A stretch of 64,000 nt of DNA from an uncultured Rickettsiales bacterium (lineage in GTDB: Bacteria > Pseudomonadota > Alphaproteobacteria > Rickettsiales > SXRF01): contig CAZHUC010000003.1 in NCBI GenBank assembly GCA_964535825.1, forward strand, positions 6,485 to 70,484, written 5' to 3'. The position numbers and the translations under genes were made by a program. Shown piece by piece: positions 1 to 10,397 of this stretch. Numbering within the stretch: position 1 is the stretch's first letter; every line of letters starts with the position of its first letter. The notes under the pieces were generated by a model, which searched no databases, was not told where the DNA came from, and saw only the letters and a program-made list of their open reading frames with translations.

Positions 1-1254
1 GGTGTGCTGCCGCAGGATGAGATAGAGAATTTCGTAGCCCTCGGGGAGTTATCGCTTGATGGCGGATTGCTTGCTGTTGCCGGTGTGCTGCCTTCTGCCA
101 TGCAGGCGATCGAGACAGGAAAAGGGATCATCTGCCCGTCAGCAAATGGTGGGGAGGCGGCGTGGTCTGGTGTTGCACCGGTACTTGCACCACCATCGCT
201 TCTTGCACTCATCAACCATTTCAAAGGCACGCAAGTGCTCGCGCAACCGGAATGCGAAACGGCGGTGGCGACCGGTCGCATCGTTGATATGCGTGAGGTA
301 CGTGGTCAACCAATGGCACGGCGTGCGCTGGAAGTGGCCGCGGCCGGTGGCCATAATTTATTGATGAGCGGCCCGCCGGGTGCGGGGAAGTCGCTCCTTG
401 CTTCGTGCCTGCCGGGCATATTGCCGCCACTGGATGCCAAGGAAATTCTTGAAGCAAGCATGATCGCATCCATCGCCGGAAAACTCGAAGGCGGTAAGCT
501 AAGCAGCCGCAGGCCATTCCGTGACCCGCATCATAATGCCTCGCAGGCAGCGATGGTGGGTGGTGGTAAGCGCGCACTGCCGGGAGAGATATCATTGGCG
601 CATCATGGGGTGTTATTCCTTGATGAATTGCCGGAGTTTCCGCGTGCGGTGCTGGAATCACTCCGCCAGCCGCTGGAAACGGGCCGTATCAGCGTGGCGC
701 GTGCGCAGGCGCATGTGACCTATCCGGCGCGATTCCAGCTGATCGCTGCGATGAATCCCTGTCGTTGCGGCTACTTAAGCGATGCGGAGCGTGCCTGCAA
801 CAAAGCCCCCAAATGCGCGGTGGATTACCAATCGAAAATATCCGGCCCACTTTATGATCGTTTCGATATGGTCATTGAGGTGGCTGACTTACCAACGCTT
901 GATATGCTGAATCAGAATACCGGTGAATCCAGTGCCGAGGTGGCAAAGCGCGTTGCGGTCGCAAGGGACAGGCAACGTGCACGCTTTCAGGAACTGAAAC
1001 TGCCCTATGCCACCAACGTGGAATTGCAGGGTGAGTTACTGCATTCTGTGGTCGCTCCTGATGCGGCGGGTAAGAAACTGCTGGAAGAAGCTACCGAAAA
1101 ACTCAGACTTTCCATGCGCGGATATACGCGTGTGTTACGCGTGGCGCGTACCATCGCCGACCTTGAAGGGGCTCAGACCGTTGGCCACAGCCATATTGCT
1201 GAAGCCCTCTCATATAGGCAAATGCAGTTCGGCAGACAACTGGAAGCAGCCTAA
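1..1254 (+). CDS. comM: YifB/ComM-family Mg-chelatase-like AAA+ ATPase (N-terminus cut by window edge)
   Basis: The ORF is open to base 1. It has a Walker A motif LMSGPPGAGKSLLAS, LFLDELPEF (Walker B-like), and the CRCGY...C..C Zn-ribbon-like segment typical of ComM/YifB. The 416 aa seen compare with about 500 aa for full-length members. Confidence 0.9.
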   Translation, partial: GVLPQDEIENFVALGELSLDGGLLAVAGVLPSAMQAIETGKGIICPSANGGEAAWSGVAPVLAPPSLLALINHFKGTQVLAQPECETAVATGRIVDMREVRGQPMARRALEVAAAGGHNLLMSGPPGAGKSLLASCLPGILPPLDAKEILEASMIASIAGKLEGGKLSSRRPFRDPHHNASQAAMVGGGKRALPGEISLAHHGVLFLDELPEFPRAVLESLRQPLETGRISVARAQAHVTYPARFQLIAAMNPCRCGYLSDAERACNKAPKCAVDYQSKISGPLYDRFDMVIEVADLPTLDMLNQNTGESSAEVAKRVAVARDRQRARFQELKLPYATNVELQGELLHSVVAPDAAGKKLLEEATEKLRLSMRGYTRVLRVARTIADLEGAQTVGHSHIAEALSYRQMQFGRQLEAA

Positions 1255-1315
1255 GATACCGAAAAACCTTAGATTTTCTGCGCTTGACCGCGTTAACACA
1301 TGGTATAATATCAAT

Positions 1316-1497
1316 AGCGATGGTGCGCCCAAAAGGGCGTTAAAAGGGAATACGGTGCAGGGAAACCTTACTCCGTAGCTGTTCCCCCAACTGTAAGTGG
1401 ATGCCAGAGGTGTGATACACCGTCACTGGGAAACCGGGAAGACGAAATGCCTCAGTCGCTTAAGCTCCACAAGCCAGGAAACCTGCCATCACGCATC
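1316..1497 (+). promoter_or_regulatory. Cobalamin (B12) riboswitch
   Basis: Conserved core read directly: ttaaaagggaatacggtgcag...gctgttcccccaactgtaagtgg, then gtcactgggaa, then the B12 box aagccaggaaacctgcc at 1471-1487. It lies about 85 nt upstream of the ATG at 1582. Exact 5'/3' boundaries are approximate. Confidence 0.85.
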
Positions 1498-1581
1498 GCG
1501 CGCTTCTAGGGAAGGGGTGGTTTCCTTAAAAGGGCATAGTGCCTGTAGCGATGTATAACATAATGTTTTGGAGTGTATCTT

Positions 1582-2889
1582 ATGCCTACTGAATTAGACG
1601 AATCAGCCGTAGCCCCGAATGAAACCGCACCACAAGCCAATGTGCTTGATGTAAATCTCTTTGATAAAGAGCAACGCGCCGTGCAGTACCTGCAATATGC
1701 CGGACTGCTTGGTGGTAATGATGATATTACCACGCTGAACCTTGCAAAGGTGGTAAACCATGCGGCTTATGCCGATGAGAAATCTGGCAATATCCCGCAG
1801 CTGCAGGAACAGTTCCGTACAGCGATGACAGTTGAGCAGGATATGGCAAAGCTCGCTGAAGGCGGCGCAGAAAGCCCTGTATTTAAACTGGTGGATGGGG
1901 TACTGGCGGCACGCATTGCACAGGCGCAAAAGAGCATCGAAGAGCTGGATGCACTGCCTAGCACACTGAGCACCGATGAATTCAACCGCACGCGCAAGCG
2001 TGCCGAAGCGCGCATCAAGAAATATTCAATGGATCGCGAATATAACCAGTCGAACCCTGATATGATCAACAAAATCGTGCGCGAGCACCCGGAGGTGTTG
2101 ACCGCAGGTAAATATCTTCCTATTGGCCGTCTGGCCATCGAGACCGGCCTGGTCAAAGGTGATAAGTCCGTGGCAGCGGATATGGTGGATGATACGCTGG
2201 CAAACGCCGCGGCACATTCCATGCTGCATGTGGCAGAAGAAGTGATGAGCACATCAGATGCTGACCTTGCCATCAATAGACGTTTCCCTGATCGCTACCG
2301 TTCAAACATTATGGCGAAAGCTACCGATACAGCAGCAACCACGACAGCGATCGAACAGGTAAAAGTATTCGATGATGCAACGCCGGAACTGGCGCGCGTA
2401 CAGGCGCTCAAGACCATGCTTTCTGCGCATCTGCATGAAATGACCAAGCATACACGCGATGAAAATGGCAACAGCAATCCGCCGGTCGAGCAACTGGCTG
2501 AGGCACTGACACAGGTAAAACCTTTGGTGCGCGAATACCAGTCTGCCACCATGTCGCTTGCTTACCATTTCCTTGGCGAAGGCGAGGGCAAGGATGATCC
2601 GCGTATGCAGAAACTGCGCGAACATCTGGCAAGCATGATGGAAAAGAACAAGATCCCACTCATGATGGATAAAGCGGAAGCAGAACGCGCCGCTAACACA
2701 TTGGTAGAAAGAAGTGCTGCATTCCTCCGTGAGAAAGAGGCGAAAGCTATCGCCAATATCGACGCGCTGGTAATAAAAGCCACGGCTGCAAAAGTGATCG
2801 GTATGGCAGAAAAATACGCCAACGCACCGGCTGCGAGCTTTGCCGAGAAGGCAGAACGTCCTGCCAGCGCCATCGGTTTAGGCCAGTAG
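1582..2889 (+). CDS. Hypothetical protein, predicted alpha-helical and soluble, no recognisable family
   Basis: Long ORF directly downstream of the B12 riboswitch. GGAG at 1570-1573 sits 8 nt before the ATG at 1582; the track start 1573 is a GTG. No signal peptide, TM segment or catalytic motif is recognisable. Confidence 0.7.
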   Translation: MPTELDESAVAPNETAPQANVLDVNLFDKEQRAVQYLQYAGLLGGNDDITTLNLAKVVNHAAYADEKSGNIPQLQEQFRTAMTVEQDMAKLAEGGAESPVFKLVDGVLAARIAQAQKSIEELDALPSTLSTDEFNRTRKRAEARIKKYSMDREYNQSNPDMINKIVREHPEVLTAGKYLPIGRLAIETGLVKGDKSVAADMVDDTLANAAAHSMLHVAEEVMSTSDADLAINRRFPDRYRSNIMAKATDTAATTTAIEQVKVFDDATPELARVQALKTMLSAHLHEMTKHTRDENGNSNPPVEQLAEALTQVKPLVREYQSATMSLAYHFLGEGEGKDDPRMQKLREHLASMMEKNKIPLMMDKAEAERAANTLVERSAAFLREKEAKAIANIDALVIKATAAKVIGMAEKYANAPAASFAEKAERPASAIGLGQ

Positions 2890-2893
2890 GGAG

Positions 2894-3274
2894 ATGCATA
2901 TGCGTTTAGTATTTGCAGCAGCATTGATCGCGGCTTTCCCGGCCTATGCCGATATTTCTGAGAACCAGAACCAGTATGCTAAAGATCGCGAGAAAGCGAT
3001 CTCGCAGTTCACGCCAGAGCTGGGCAAGCATTGCCTGAAGGATCTTTCAGATAAAAAGAAACAGTCGATAGAGCCACTCGGCACAGCTTCATACAATGAT
3101 CTTATCTCACGCCAGATCTATAAAACCGTGTTCTGGAATCACTCGGATCGCGGTGTGGCATTTACCCTGCCGGTCAAGGCGGGGGATGCAACAGGCGATA
3201 TTGCATGCCTCTATTCTGTGAAAGATGGCGGGCTTACATTCGAATTATCGCAGCAACTCTTCGGAAAATTCTAG
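2894..3274 (+). CDS. Small exported hypothetical protein
   Basis: It starts 4 nt after the stop of the upstream gene and is preceded by GGGAG. The N-terminus MHMRLVFAAALIAAFPAYA/D looks like a Sec signal peptide. No known family was recognised. Confidence 0.6.
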   Translation: MHMRLVFAAALIAAFPAYADISENQNQYAKDREKAISQFTPELGKHCLKDLSDKKKQSIEPLGTASYNDLISRQIYKTVFWNHSDRGVAFTLPVKAGDATGDIACLYSVKDGGLTFELSQQLFGKF

Positions 3275-4239
3275 AAGTGTTTGTATCCTGTCTTCTTCAG
3301 GATGATAGGAAGATCATTTTTATCAAGTAAGGTGACGCCTTTACCGGCGGTCACCTTACCGATCTTTGTGATTGGCGTATCGGTTTCGCGCGCCAGCGTG
3401 GCTAGTTGCTGTTCCGCTGAAGCTGGTGCGGTAAAAAGCAATTCATAATCATCACCGCCGGTGATGATGCGCTCCCGTAGGTCAGGATAACGGTTCACAA
3501 GGCTCGCGGCAGAGCGTGACAGCGGAATCTGCGACGCGTGGATGGTTGCACCTGTGCCGGAGGCTTCACATAGATGGCCAAGATCCTGAACCAGCCCATC
3601 GGAAATATCCATGCAGGCATGAACGACGCTTATGAGTTTCTGCCCCAGTGCCACACGCGGTTGCGGCAGGAAATAACGTTGTTCCAGTTCATCATCACGT
3701 TCAAAGGTCGGGTTCAATTCACCGTTTAAGGACATCAGTCCAAGTGCGGCATCACCGATCGTGCCGCTTACATACACATCATCACCAGCTATTGCGGTGC
3801 TCCGTTTTAGCATGCGGCCTGTATCTACCAGACCTAATGCGGTGAGTGAAAGGCATAACATGCCAAGGGTTTTGGTAGTATCGCCGCCGGCAAGATGGAT
3901 GGCATATTCCTGCTGGTCCTGTTTCAGGCCTTCGGCAAAACCTTCTATCCAGCGAGCGTCGATCTCCTGCGGGATAGAAAGGGCAACGAAATAGCACATG
4001 GGGGTTGCGCCTTTGGCCGCCAGATCAGAAAGATTCACGCGCAGTAATTTTTTTGCAATGAGCGCAGCTTCTTCCGTGCCAAGAAAATGCACGGCCTCAT
4101 TGACGGCATCTTTGGTAATGACCAGCTGCTTTCCAGCCGGAACATCAATGAGTGCGGCATCATCAGATAGATTCAGGCTACCGGGAAAACCCACAGACAG
4201 TGGGGAAAAGTACGTTCGGATAAGGCCGAACTCATCCAT
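3271..4239 (-). CDS. thiL: Thiamine-monophosphate kinase
   Basis: N-terminus MDEFGLIRTYF, AIR-synthase-like fold motifs (GDDAA, GGDT, DISDGL), 322 aa, and the conserved position downstream of nusB. Confidence 0.9.
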   Translation of the reverse strand: MDEFGLIRTYFSPLSVGFPGSLNLSDDAALIDVPAGKQLVITKDAVNEAVHFLGTEEAALIAKKLLRVNLSDLAAKGATPMCYFVALSIPQEIDARWIEGFAEGLKQDQQEYAIHLAGGDTTKTLGMLCLSLTALGLVDTGRMLKRSTAIAGDDVYVSGTIGDAALGLMSLNGELNPTFERDDELEQRYFLPQPRVALGQKLISVVHACMDISDGLVQDLGHLCEASGTGATIHASQIPLSRSAASLVNRYPDLRERIITGGDDYELLFTAPASAEQQLATLARETDTPITKIGKVTAGKGVTLLDKNDLPIILKKTGYKHF

Positions 4240-4705
4240 AGGTTGCCGCTAAGGTGGAGAGTGCGCCATGCACGAAATCCACTTCCTTATCAGAGAAGAA
4301 GCTGCGTGCCATACGAGTGTATTCATCGATGATGATGTTGGATTTGATCTCTTTGTAGAAGAACATTTCATAGATGCCACATTGCAGGAGTGCCACGAGC
4401 AGATGGCTCATGCGCTCGCGCTTCCATTCACTGGTGAGCACTTCATCGAGCCGCGCATTCACCTCATCCATGCGGGAGGTAACGCCTGTAAGCAGGGCCT
4501 CTACCAGCGGATAATTCGGTTCAAGCGGCACGCCGACCATCAGGCGCTGTTCACTTTTGTTATTGGCCAGTTGCGCCTTGAGGGATGCCACCTGCTTTGC
4601 TGCATCCTTCTTGTCACCCGTGATGGCGTGTTGATAAAGCGCCTGCACGGCAGCCATACGCGCTGCGGATTTTTTCTGGAGTGATGGATTTTGTTTAGGC
4701 TGCAT
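4232..4705 (-). CDS. nusB: Transcription antitermination factor NusB
   Basis: 157 aa, RMAAVQALYQ-type N-terminus, and conserved ribH-nusB-thiL synteny. Confidence 0.9.
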   Translation of the reverse strand: MQPKQNPSLQKKSAARMAAVQALYQHAITGDKKDAAKQVASLKAQLANNKSEQRLMVGVPLEPNYPLVEALLTGVTSRMDEVNARLDEVLTSEWKRERMSHLLVALLQCGIYEMFFYKEIKSNIIIDEYTRMARSFFSDKEVDFVHGALSTLAATYG

Positions 4706-5120
4706 AATGTTTTTTCAGTTCGATCAGTTTCAGGCAGGCCTCTGCTGCGTCCTTGCCTTTGTTGCCTTGGTTAACATTGGCACGCACATTGGCTTGCTGC
4801 ATGGTCTCTACCGTGAGGATACCATATCCGATAGCAGCATTGTGGGTGAGTGCAAGCTCCATGAGCCCGCGCGCGCTTTCGGCGCAGATGTAGTCATAAT
4901 GGGTGGTCTCACCGCGGATCACACAGCCGAGAGCAATATAGCCATCATACTTCCTGCTGCTGAGTGCAAAGCGAATGGCAGGCGGAATTTCAAATGCGCC
5001 GGGCACAGTGATCTCTTCATAGGTTGCGCCGCTTGCATCGCATGTGGCTCTTGCGCCTTTTAGCAATTCATCGGTGATCTCGGGATAATAGGGGGAGGTA
5101 ACGATAAGGATATGTGCCAT
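4695..5120 (-). CDS. ribH: 6,7-dimethyl-8-ribityllumazine synthase
   Basis: 141 aa. Motifs VPGAFEIP and GCVIRGETTHYDYI are typical of lumazine synthase. Confidence 0.93.
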   Translation of the reverse strand: MAHILIVTSPYYPEITDELLKGARATCDASGATYEEITVPGAFEIPPAIRFALSSRKYDGYIALGCVIRGETTHYDYICAESARGLMELALTHNAAIGYGILTVETMQQANVRANVNQGNKGKDAAEACLKLIELKKHYAA

Positions 5121-5124
5121 ATGA

Positions 5125-6222
5125 TTATATCAGGTTCTGTTTGCCGGTGACGCGCAGCCCATAGCCTTCGAGGCCAACGATGGGGCGGTCAGAGTTTGTG
5201 AGTAATATCATGTCGCGCACGCCGAGGTCGAGCAGGATCTGTGCGCCGATGCCGTAATCGCGCAGGTCGCTTACCGCGTATTTTTCGCCTTTTTCCTTAC
5301 TTGCGACACGGCGTTTGACGCTATCGGACAGGCTGGTGGCGCTTGGTTCACGGATGAGGAGCAGCACGCCGCCTTCGCGTGCGATGATCTCCATGGATTT
5401 TTGTTTGCTGATCCCAGATTCGGTGTCGCCAAGCACGTCGCGCAGTACATCCAGCTTGTGCACACGCACGAGTGTTGGTTTATCTGGTTTTATGTCACCT
5501 TTCACCAGCACCACATGCTCTGCGTAATGCAAGGTGTTGGTATATATCATCATGGTGAAGTCACCGCCGTACTTGCTGTTGAACGGCGTTTCCACCACGC
5601 GCTTTACCAGCTTTTCCGAACGCCTGCGATAGGCGATCAGATCGGCGATGGTGGCAATTTTAAGATTATGTTGTTTGGCAAATTCCATGAGGTCTGGCAG
5701 GCGTGCCATCGAGCCGTCGTCATTCATGATCTCGCAGATCACACCGGAAGGATTCAGTCCGGCAAGACGTGCGATATCCACGGCAGCTTCCGTGTGGCCG
5801 GCGCGCACGAGCACGCCGCCATCTTTGGCGATCAGCGGGAATACGTGGCCGGGGGAGGCGATATCAGTTGCGCCTTTTTTAGGATCTATCGCTACCTTGA
5901 TAGTTTGCGCGCGGTCGGCCGCGGAGATGCCGGTGGTCACGCCTTCGCGTGCTTCGATCGAAACGGTGAATGCCGTCTGATGACGCGACTGGTTCTCTGG
6001 CGACATCAGGTTGAGGCCAAGCTGTTTGGTGCGTTCGGTGGTAAGGGTGAGGCAGATAAGACCACGTCCATATTTGGCCATGAAGTTCACTGCTTCAGCA
6101 GTTGCGAATTGCGCGGGGATGACGAGGTCGCCTTCATTCTCGCGATCCTCATCATCGACCAGAATGAACATCCGGCCGTGTTTTGCGTCTTCAATGATGT
6201 CTTCAATGCGGGATAATGTCAT
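5125..6222 (-). CDS. ribBA: Bifunctional 3,4-dihydroxy-2-butanone-4-phosphate synthase / GTP cyclohydrolase II-like protein
   Basis: DHBP synthase motifs ([16 protein letters not shown]) are followed by a RibA-like C-terminal domain. 365 aa, in the rib operon context. Confidence 0.92.
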   Translation of the reverse strand: MTLSRIEDIIEDAKHGRMFILVDDEDRENEGDLVIPAQFATAEAVNFMAKYGRGLICLTLTTERTKQLGLNLMSPENQSRHQTAFTVSIEAREGVTTGISAADRAQTIKVAIDPKKGATDIASPGHVFPLIAKDGGVLVRAGHTEAAVDIARLAGLNPSGVICEIMNDDGSMARLPDLMEFAKQHNLKIATIADLIAYRRRSEKLVKRVVETPFNSKYGGDFTMMIYTNTLHYAEHVVLVKGDIKPDKPTLVRVHKLDVLRDVLGDTESGISKQKSMEIIAREGGVLLLIREPSATSLSDSVKRRVASKEKGEKYAVSDLRDYGIGAQILLDLGVRDMILLTNSDRPIVGLEGYGLRVTGKQNLI

Positions 6223-6797
6223 GCCCTAAGCAGCCTTTCTGCATAGCGCGCCATGAGGTCGATCTCGAGATTGAGCGTATCACCGTTCTTGCGATGTTTA
6301 AGGGTCGTATGCTCCCAGGTATGCGGGATGATATTCACCCAGAACCGGTTGCCTTCCACTTTGTTTACTGTAAGCGATATGCCATCCAGCGTGACCGAAC
6401 CCTTGGCGGCAATAAAGCGTGATAAGTTCTCTGGTGCATCCAATGCAAGTATATGTGAGCCGCCGGATTCCCGCATATTCGATATGGTCGCGATGCCATC
6501 CACATGGCCGGTGACAAGATGGCCATCGAGCGAATCGCCAAGCTTCAGGGAGCGTTCTAAATTCACCGCATCACCCTTGTTCCAGCGGTATGCTGTGCAG
6601 GCGATGGTCTCATTTGAAATGTCGGCGCTGAAGCCACCGGCATTTTTTTCGGCCACGGTCAGGCAACAGCCATTCACTGCCACAGAATCGCCCATGCGTA
6701 ATTCATCTGCGAACGGGCAGGTGATTGAAACGCGCACGTCGCCTTGTTTTGTAAGGTCGGCGATAGTGCCTGTATGGGTTATGATGCCGGTGAACAT
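6219..6797 (-). CDS. ribE: Riboflavin synthase (alpha chain)
   Basis: MFTGII.. N-terminus, duplicated lumazine-binding repeats (GDSVAVNGCCLTV / GSVTLDGISLTV), 192 aa. Confidence 0.92.
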   Translation of the reverse strand: MFTGIITHTGTIADLTKQGDVRVSITCPFADELRMGDSVAVNGCCLTVAEKNAGGFSADISNETIACTAYRWNKGDAVNLERSLKLGDSLDGHLVTGHVDGIATISNMRESGGSHILALDAPENLSRFIAAKGSVTLDGISLTVNKVEGNRFWVNIIPHTWEHTTLKHRKNGDTLNLEIDLMARYAERLLRA

Positions 6798-7804
6798 GGC
6801 TCTAATATTTCCAGTTGGTCAGGAGGGAAGGGAATGTAGCCCACTTTGTCCCATTGTTCCAGCAGGTTGAGGGTTTTTTTGCTGGCAAATACATCAAGCC
6901 CGCCTTCACCTATCGTAATGGGGGCTTTGAACCAATAGAGTCTGTCTACTAAGCTGCTGTTTATAAAAGCTGTATTGAGTCCCTGGCCGGCTTCTACCAG
7001 CAGGCGGGTAATGCCCTTCTCAGCCAGTGTTTTAATGGCAGATTCGAGGGATGAGGACTCCAGCACCCATAACGGGACAGCATCCTGCGATTGTATAAGC
7101 TTGGATGTCACAGGCATCCGGTGGTTTCTGTCCAGCACCACACGAATGGGAGATCTGTGCTCGAGGCCGGCAATGCGCACGGTGAGCAATGGGTCGTCGG
7201 CCAGTACCGTGCCGATGCCGGTAAGCACTGCATCGAACTCGCTGCGCAGGCGATGCACTTCGTTACGAGCTGGCTCTGATGTGATCCATTTTTTTGCGCT
7301 GCCGGAGGGGTAGGCAATTTTACCATCGGCAGATGTTGCGATCTTCAGCGCAACATACGGCCGCTTCTTTTCTACGACTGAGAAGAAGCCGCGGTTGATC
7401 TCGCATGCTTCTTTTGCGCAGACATTCTCTATCACTTCGATACCTGCCGTCTTGAGTTTGGCAATGCCTGCGCCATTAACGTGCGGATGGGGATCGCGGC
7501 ATGCGATGACACAGCGTGTGATGCCAGCGGCAATGATCGCATCCACACATGGCGGTGTTTTTCCGTGATGCGAGCAGGGCTCAAGCGTGACATATAAGGT
7601 TGCGCCGTGCGCTGCACTGCCTGCTTGTTTCAGCGCTTCGGTCTCGGCGTGTGGGCGTCCGCCTTTATGTGTGAATCCCTGGCCGATGATGTCGCCGTCT
7701 TTTACAACAACCGCGCCCACAGACGGGTTAGGCCATGTCTGGCCAAGGTGGGTCTTTGCAAGCGAAAGTGCCTGCTGCATGTGGGCTATGTCATGACTAG
7801 CCAC
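6779..7804 (-). CDS. ribD: Bifunctional riboflavin biosynthesis deaminase/reductase RibD
   Basis: CMP/dCMP deaminase zinc motifs HAE...PCSHHGKTPPC are followed by the RibD C-terminal reductase domain. The track start is a GTG; an ATG at 7780 is an alternative start. Confidence 0.9.
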   Translation of the reverse strand: MASHDIAHMQQALSLAKTHLGQTWPNPSVGAVVVKDGDIIGQGFTHKGGRPHAETEALKQAGSAAHGATLYVTLEPCSHHGKTPPCVDAIIAAGITRCVIACRDPHPHVNGAGIAKLKTAGIEVIENVCAKEACEINRGFFSVVEKKRPYVALKIATSADGKIAYPSGSAKKWITSEPARNEVHRLRSEFDAVLTGIGTVLADDPLLTVRIAGLEHRSPIRVVLDRNHRMPVTSKLIQSQDAVPLWVLESSSLESAIKTLAEKGITRLLVEAGQGLNTAFINSSLVDRLYWFKAPITIGEGGLDVFASKKTLNLLEQWDKVGYIPFPPDQLEILEPCSPAS

Positions 7805-7812
7805 CGAAATAC

Positions 7813-8193
7813 TCAGTATGGGCGGGGGAATGGTTTGCGCGCACCACGCTGCTCAATGTCCGGCAGACCAGATTCTGTCGATGGCGGAATAATAGGAGGG
7901 CGTTCTTCTGTGAATGTGTTGGGGCGCTTGGTGTCAATGCCTTCAGCGTCATCCGCGTCTGTTTCTGCGAGTGGTTCACTAGTGCCATCGGCTTCCTGTT
8001 CAATAACGTCCGCGCTATGCCCGGTATCGTTAGTGAAACACTGCCAATGATTACACCTTTCACCGATGACCGGCATGTAACTTCCCACATGGTCCGCCCA
8101 GCCATAGATGGTCTGGCAGCTGGTAAGCAACAGGCTGCTTGTAGAAATAACTAATGCTGTACGCAGGCTACTCACCCTTGACACCCAGCTCAT
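7813..8193 (-). CDS. Putative small lipoprotein, acidic, hypothetical
   Basis: Lipobox-like LLLTSC follows a hydrophobic stretch. The ORF sits between nrdR and ribD. The start is uncertain: ATG at 8193 overlaps the nrdR 3' end by 26 nt, and GTG alternatives exist at 8184 and 8175. Confidence 0.5.
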   Translation of the reverse strand: MSWVSRVSSLRTALVISTSSLLLTSCQTIYGWADHVGSYMPVIGERCNHWQCFTNDTGHSADVIEQEADGTSEPLAETDADDAEGIDTKRPNTFTEERPPIIPPSTESGLPDIEQRGARKPFPRPY

Positions 8194-8626
8194 CCACAAT
8201 GTTCTCGAAGTCTTTGGCTTCGCGGAAATCACGATATACCGAGGCAAAGCGGATATAGGCTACGGTGTCCACTTTCTTCAGTTCTTCCATCACGGCCTTG
8301 CCGATCATATCGGTAGGGATCTCGGCATCGCCGGAGCTTTCCAGCTTTTGTGCCACACGGGTAATGATCTGTTCGATCTGCTCAGGCGGTACAGGGCGCT
8401 TGCGCAATGCCAGCTGAATGGAGCGTGCCAGTTTCTCGCGGTCGAACATGCGGTGCTCGCCATTCTTCTTGAGCACGGTGAGTTCACGCAGTTGCACGCG
8501 CTCGAACGTGGTGAAGCGTGAATTACACTCAGGGCAATAGCGGCGGCGGCGGATGGTTAAACCATCTTCGCTTGGCCGCGAGTCTTTTACCTGTGTGTCG
8601 TCATGTCCGCAAAATGGGCACTTCAT
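8168..8626 (-). CDS. nrdR: Transcriptional repressor NrdR
   Basis: MKCPFCGH...C..C zinc ribbon plus an ATP-cone. 152 aa, in the canonical position next to the rib genes. Confidence 0.93.
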   Translation of the reverse strand: MKCPFCGHDDTQVKDSRPSEDGLTIRRRRYCPECNSRFTTFERVQLRELTVLKKNGEHRMFDREKLARSIQLALRKRPVPPEQIEQIITRVAQKLESSGDAEIPTDMIGKAVMEELKKVDTVAYIRFASVYRDFREAKDFENIVDELGVKGE

Positions 8627-8629
8627 ACA

Positions 8630-9946
8630 TTACCTCTGGTCTAACCCGGAATAGATAGGGAATTGCTTGCACAATATTTCCACTTTGGTGCGCACCTGTT
8701 TTTCAACCGCGCTGGTATCACCGCCTCCCGCAAGGCCATCGAGCACATCTCCAATAAGGTTGCCGATCTGCTGGAATTCAGCCGTGCCAAAACCGCGTGT
8801 CGTGCCAGCCGGAGTTCCGAGGCGAATGCCTGAGGTGATGAATGGTTTTTCTGTATCGAACGGAATGGCGTTCTTGTTGCAGGTGAGGCCTGCGCGCTCG
8901 AGGCTTTCCTCGGCGGCTTTACCGGTCACGCCTTTAGGGCGCAGGTCAACCAGCATCAGATGGTTATCCGTGCCGCCGGTGGTGATAGCAACACCGCGGC
9001 TAACCAGTGTTTTTGCCAGCATCTGTGCGTTCTCCACCACTTTCTTGCCATAGGTTTTGAATTCAGGGGTGAGTGCTTCACCGAACGCTACCGCTTTCGC
9101 TGCGATCACATGCATCAGTGGACCACCCTGAATACCCGGGAAAATGGCAGAGTTGAATTTTTTGCCGAGATCCACGTCGTTCGACAGAATCATACCGCCG
9201 CGTGGGCCACGCAGTGTTTTATGGGTAGTGGTAGTAACTACATGCGCATGCGGCAGCGGGTTCGGATACAGGCCTGCAGCAACGAGGCCAGCGAAATGCG
9301 CCATATCCACCATGAGATATGCACCCACTTCATCAGCGATCTTGCGGAAGCGTGCAAAATCGATTGCACGTGGATATGCAGAGTAACCGGCGATGATGAG
9401 CTTTGGTTTATGCTCGCGCGCCATCTTTTCCATGTTCTCATAATCAAGTGTGAGATCAGATTCTTTCACACCGTATGCGACCGCTTTGAACCATTTACCG
9501 GATTGGTTCACAGTTGCGCCATGTGTAAGGTGACCACCTGCGGCAAGTGACATACCAAGGATGGTATCCCCCGGCTGGAGCAATGCGTTGAATACGCCCT
9601 GGTTCGCCTGAGAGCCAGAATTTGGCTGCACGTTCGCATAGGTACAACCGAACAGTTTGCAGGCACGCTCGATAGCAAGCGCTTCTGTTTTATCTACAGC
9701 TTCACAGCCACCATAATAGCGTTTACCGGGATAACCCTCAGCATATTTGTTGGTAAGCACTGAGCCTTGTGCAGCGAGCACAGCACGGCTTACGATGTTC
9801 TCTGATGCGATCAGTTCGATCTGCGTTTGCTGGCGATGGAGTTCTTCCTCCAGTGTAGCAAATACAGCAGGGTCAGCAGCAGCAATATCAGTATCAAAAA
9901 AGGGATTCATGGTGTGGCTTTCAGAAAGTTTACGCTCAGCGGTCAT
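8630..9946 (-). CDS. glyA: Serine hydroxymethyltransferase
   Basis: Motifs [24 protein letters not shown] and [14 protein letters not shown] (the PLP lysine) are present. Start is taken at the internal ATG (MTAERK...), because the track ORF extends into the upstream rpiB gene. Confidence 0.95.
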   Translation of the reverse strand: MTAERKLSESHTMNPFFDTDIAAADPAVFATLEEELHRQQTQIELIASENIVSRAVLAAQGSVLTNKYAEGYPGKRYYGGCEAVDKTEALAIERACKLFGCTYANVQPNSGSQANQGVFNALLQPGDTILGMSLAAGGHLTHGATVNQSGKWFKAVAYGVKESDLTLDYENMEKMAREHKPKLIIAGYSAYPRAIDFARFRKIADEVGAYLMVDMAHFAGLVAAGLYPNPLPHAHVVTTTTHKTLRGPRGGMILSNDVDLGKKFNSAIFPGIQGGPLMHVIAAKAVAFGEALTPEFKTYGKKVVENAQMLAKTLVSRGVAITTGGTDNHLMLVDLRPKGVTGKAAEESLERAGLTCNKNAIPFDTEKPFITSGIRLGTPAGTTRGFGTAEFQQIGNLIGDVLDGLAGGGDTSAVEKQVRTKVEILCKQFPIYSGLDQR

Positions 9947-9962
9947 ATTTTTTCCTATTTTC

Positions 9963-10397
9963 TTATGAGAATTTTTGTACCCGGCCGGCATGTCTGCCGC
10001 CTTCGAACTCGGTGGTGAAAAAAGTCTTGGCGCACTCGCGTGCAGTGTTCTCGGAGATCTGGCGTGCACCTAAGCACAGCACATTCGCATTATTATGCTG
10101 GCGAGAGAGCGCCGCCTGTTCAGATGTGCATACCAGTGCTGCACGAATATGTTTGTGACGATTAGCGGCCATGCTCATGCCGATACCAGAACCGCAGATG
10201 AGGACGCCGGCGGAATCAACATCTTGTTTCATCCACTCGGCCAGTGCCTGTGCATAATCGGGATAATCTACTGAGGCCGTTCCATTTGGACCAAGATCGG
10301 TCACGGCGCAGCCAAGCGAGGCCAGTTCCTTTTTCAGAACTTCCTTGAGTTCGACTCCCGCGTGGTCGCTTGCGATAGCAACTTTTTTGTTATTCAT
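9963..10397 (-). CDS. rpiB: Ribose-5-phosphate isomerase B
   Basis: [13 protein letters not shown] and [14 protein letters not shown] are typical RpiB/LacAB motifs. Start is taken at MNNKKV; the longer track ORF adds an implausible N-terminal extension. Confidence 0.88.
   Translation of the reverse strand: MNNKKVAIASDHAGVELKEVLKKELASLGCAVTDLGPNGTASVDYPDYAQALAEWMKQDVDSAGVLICGSGIGMSMAANRHKHIRAALVCTSEQAALSRQHNNANVLCLGARQISENTARECAKTFFTTEFEGGRHAGRVQKFS

Noticed and set aside
3271-3274. Shared palindromic CTAG giving overlapping stop codons of the convergent thiL and 126-aa genes
   Set aside because: It is real in the sequence but a trivial consequence of TAG/CTA complementarity. No regulatory meaning can be inferred.
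5401-6216. 271-aa plus-strand ORF overlapping ribBA
   Set aside because: It is antisense to a well-supported ribBA gene and has no recognisable motifs. It is a shadow ORF.
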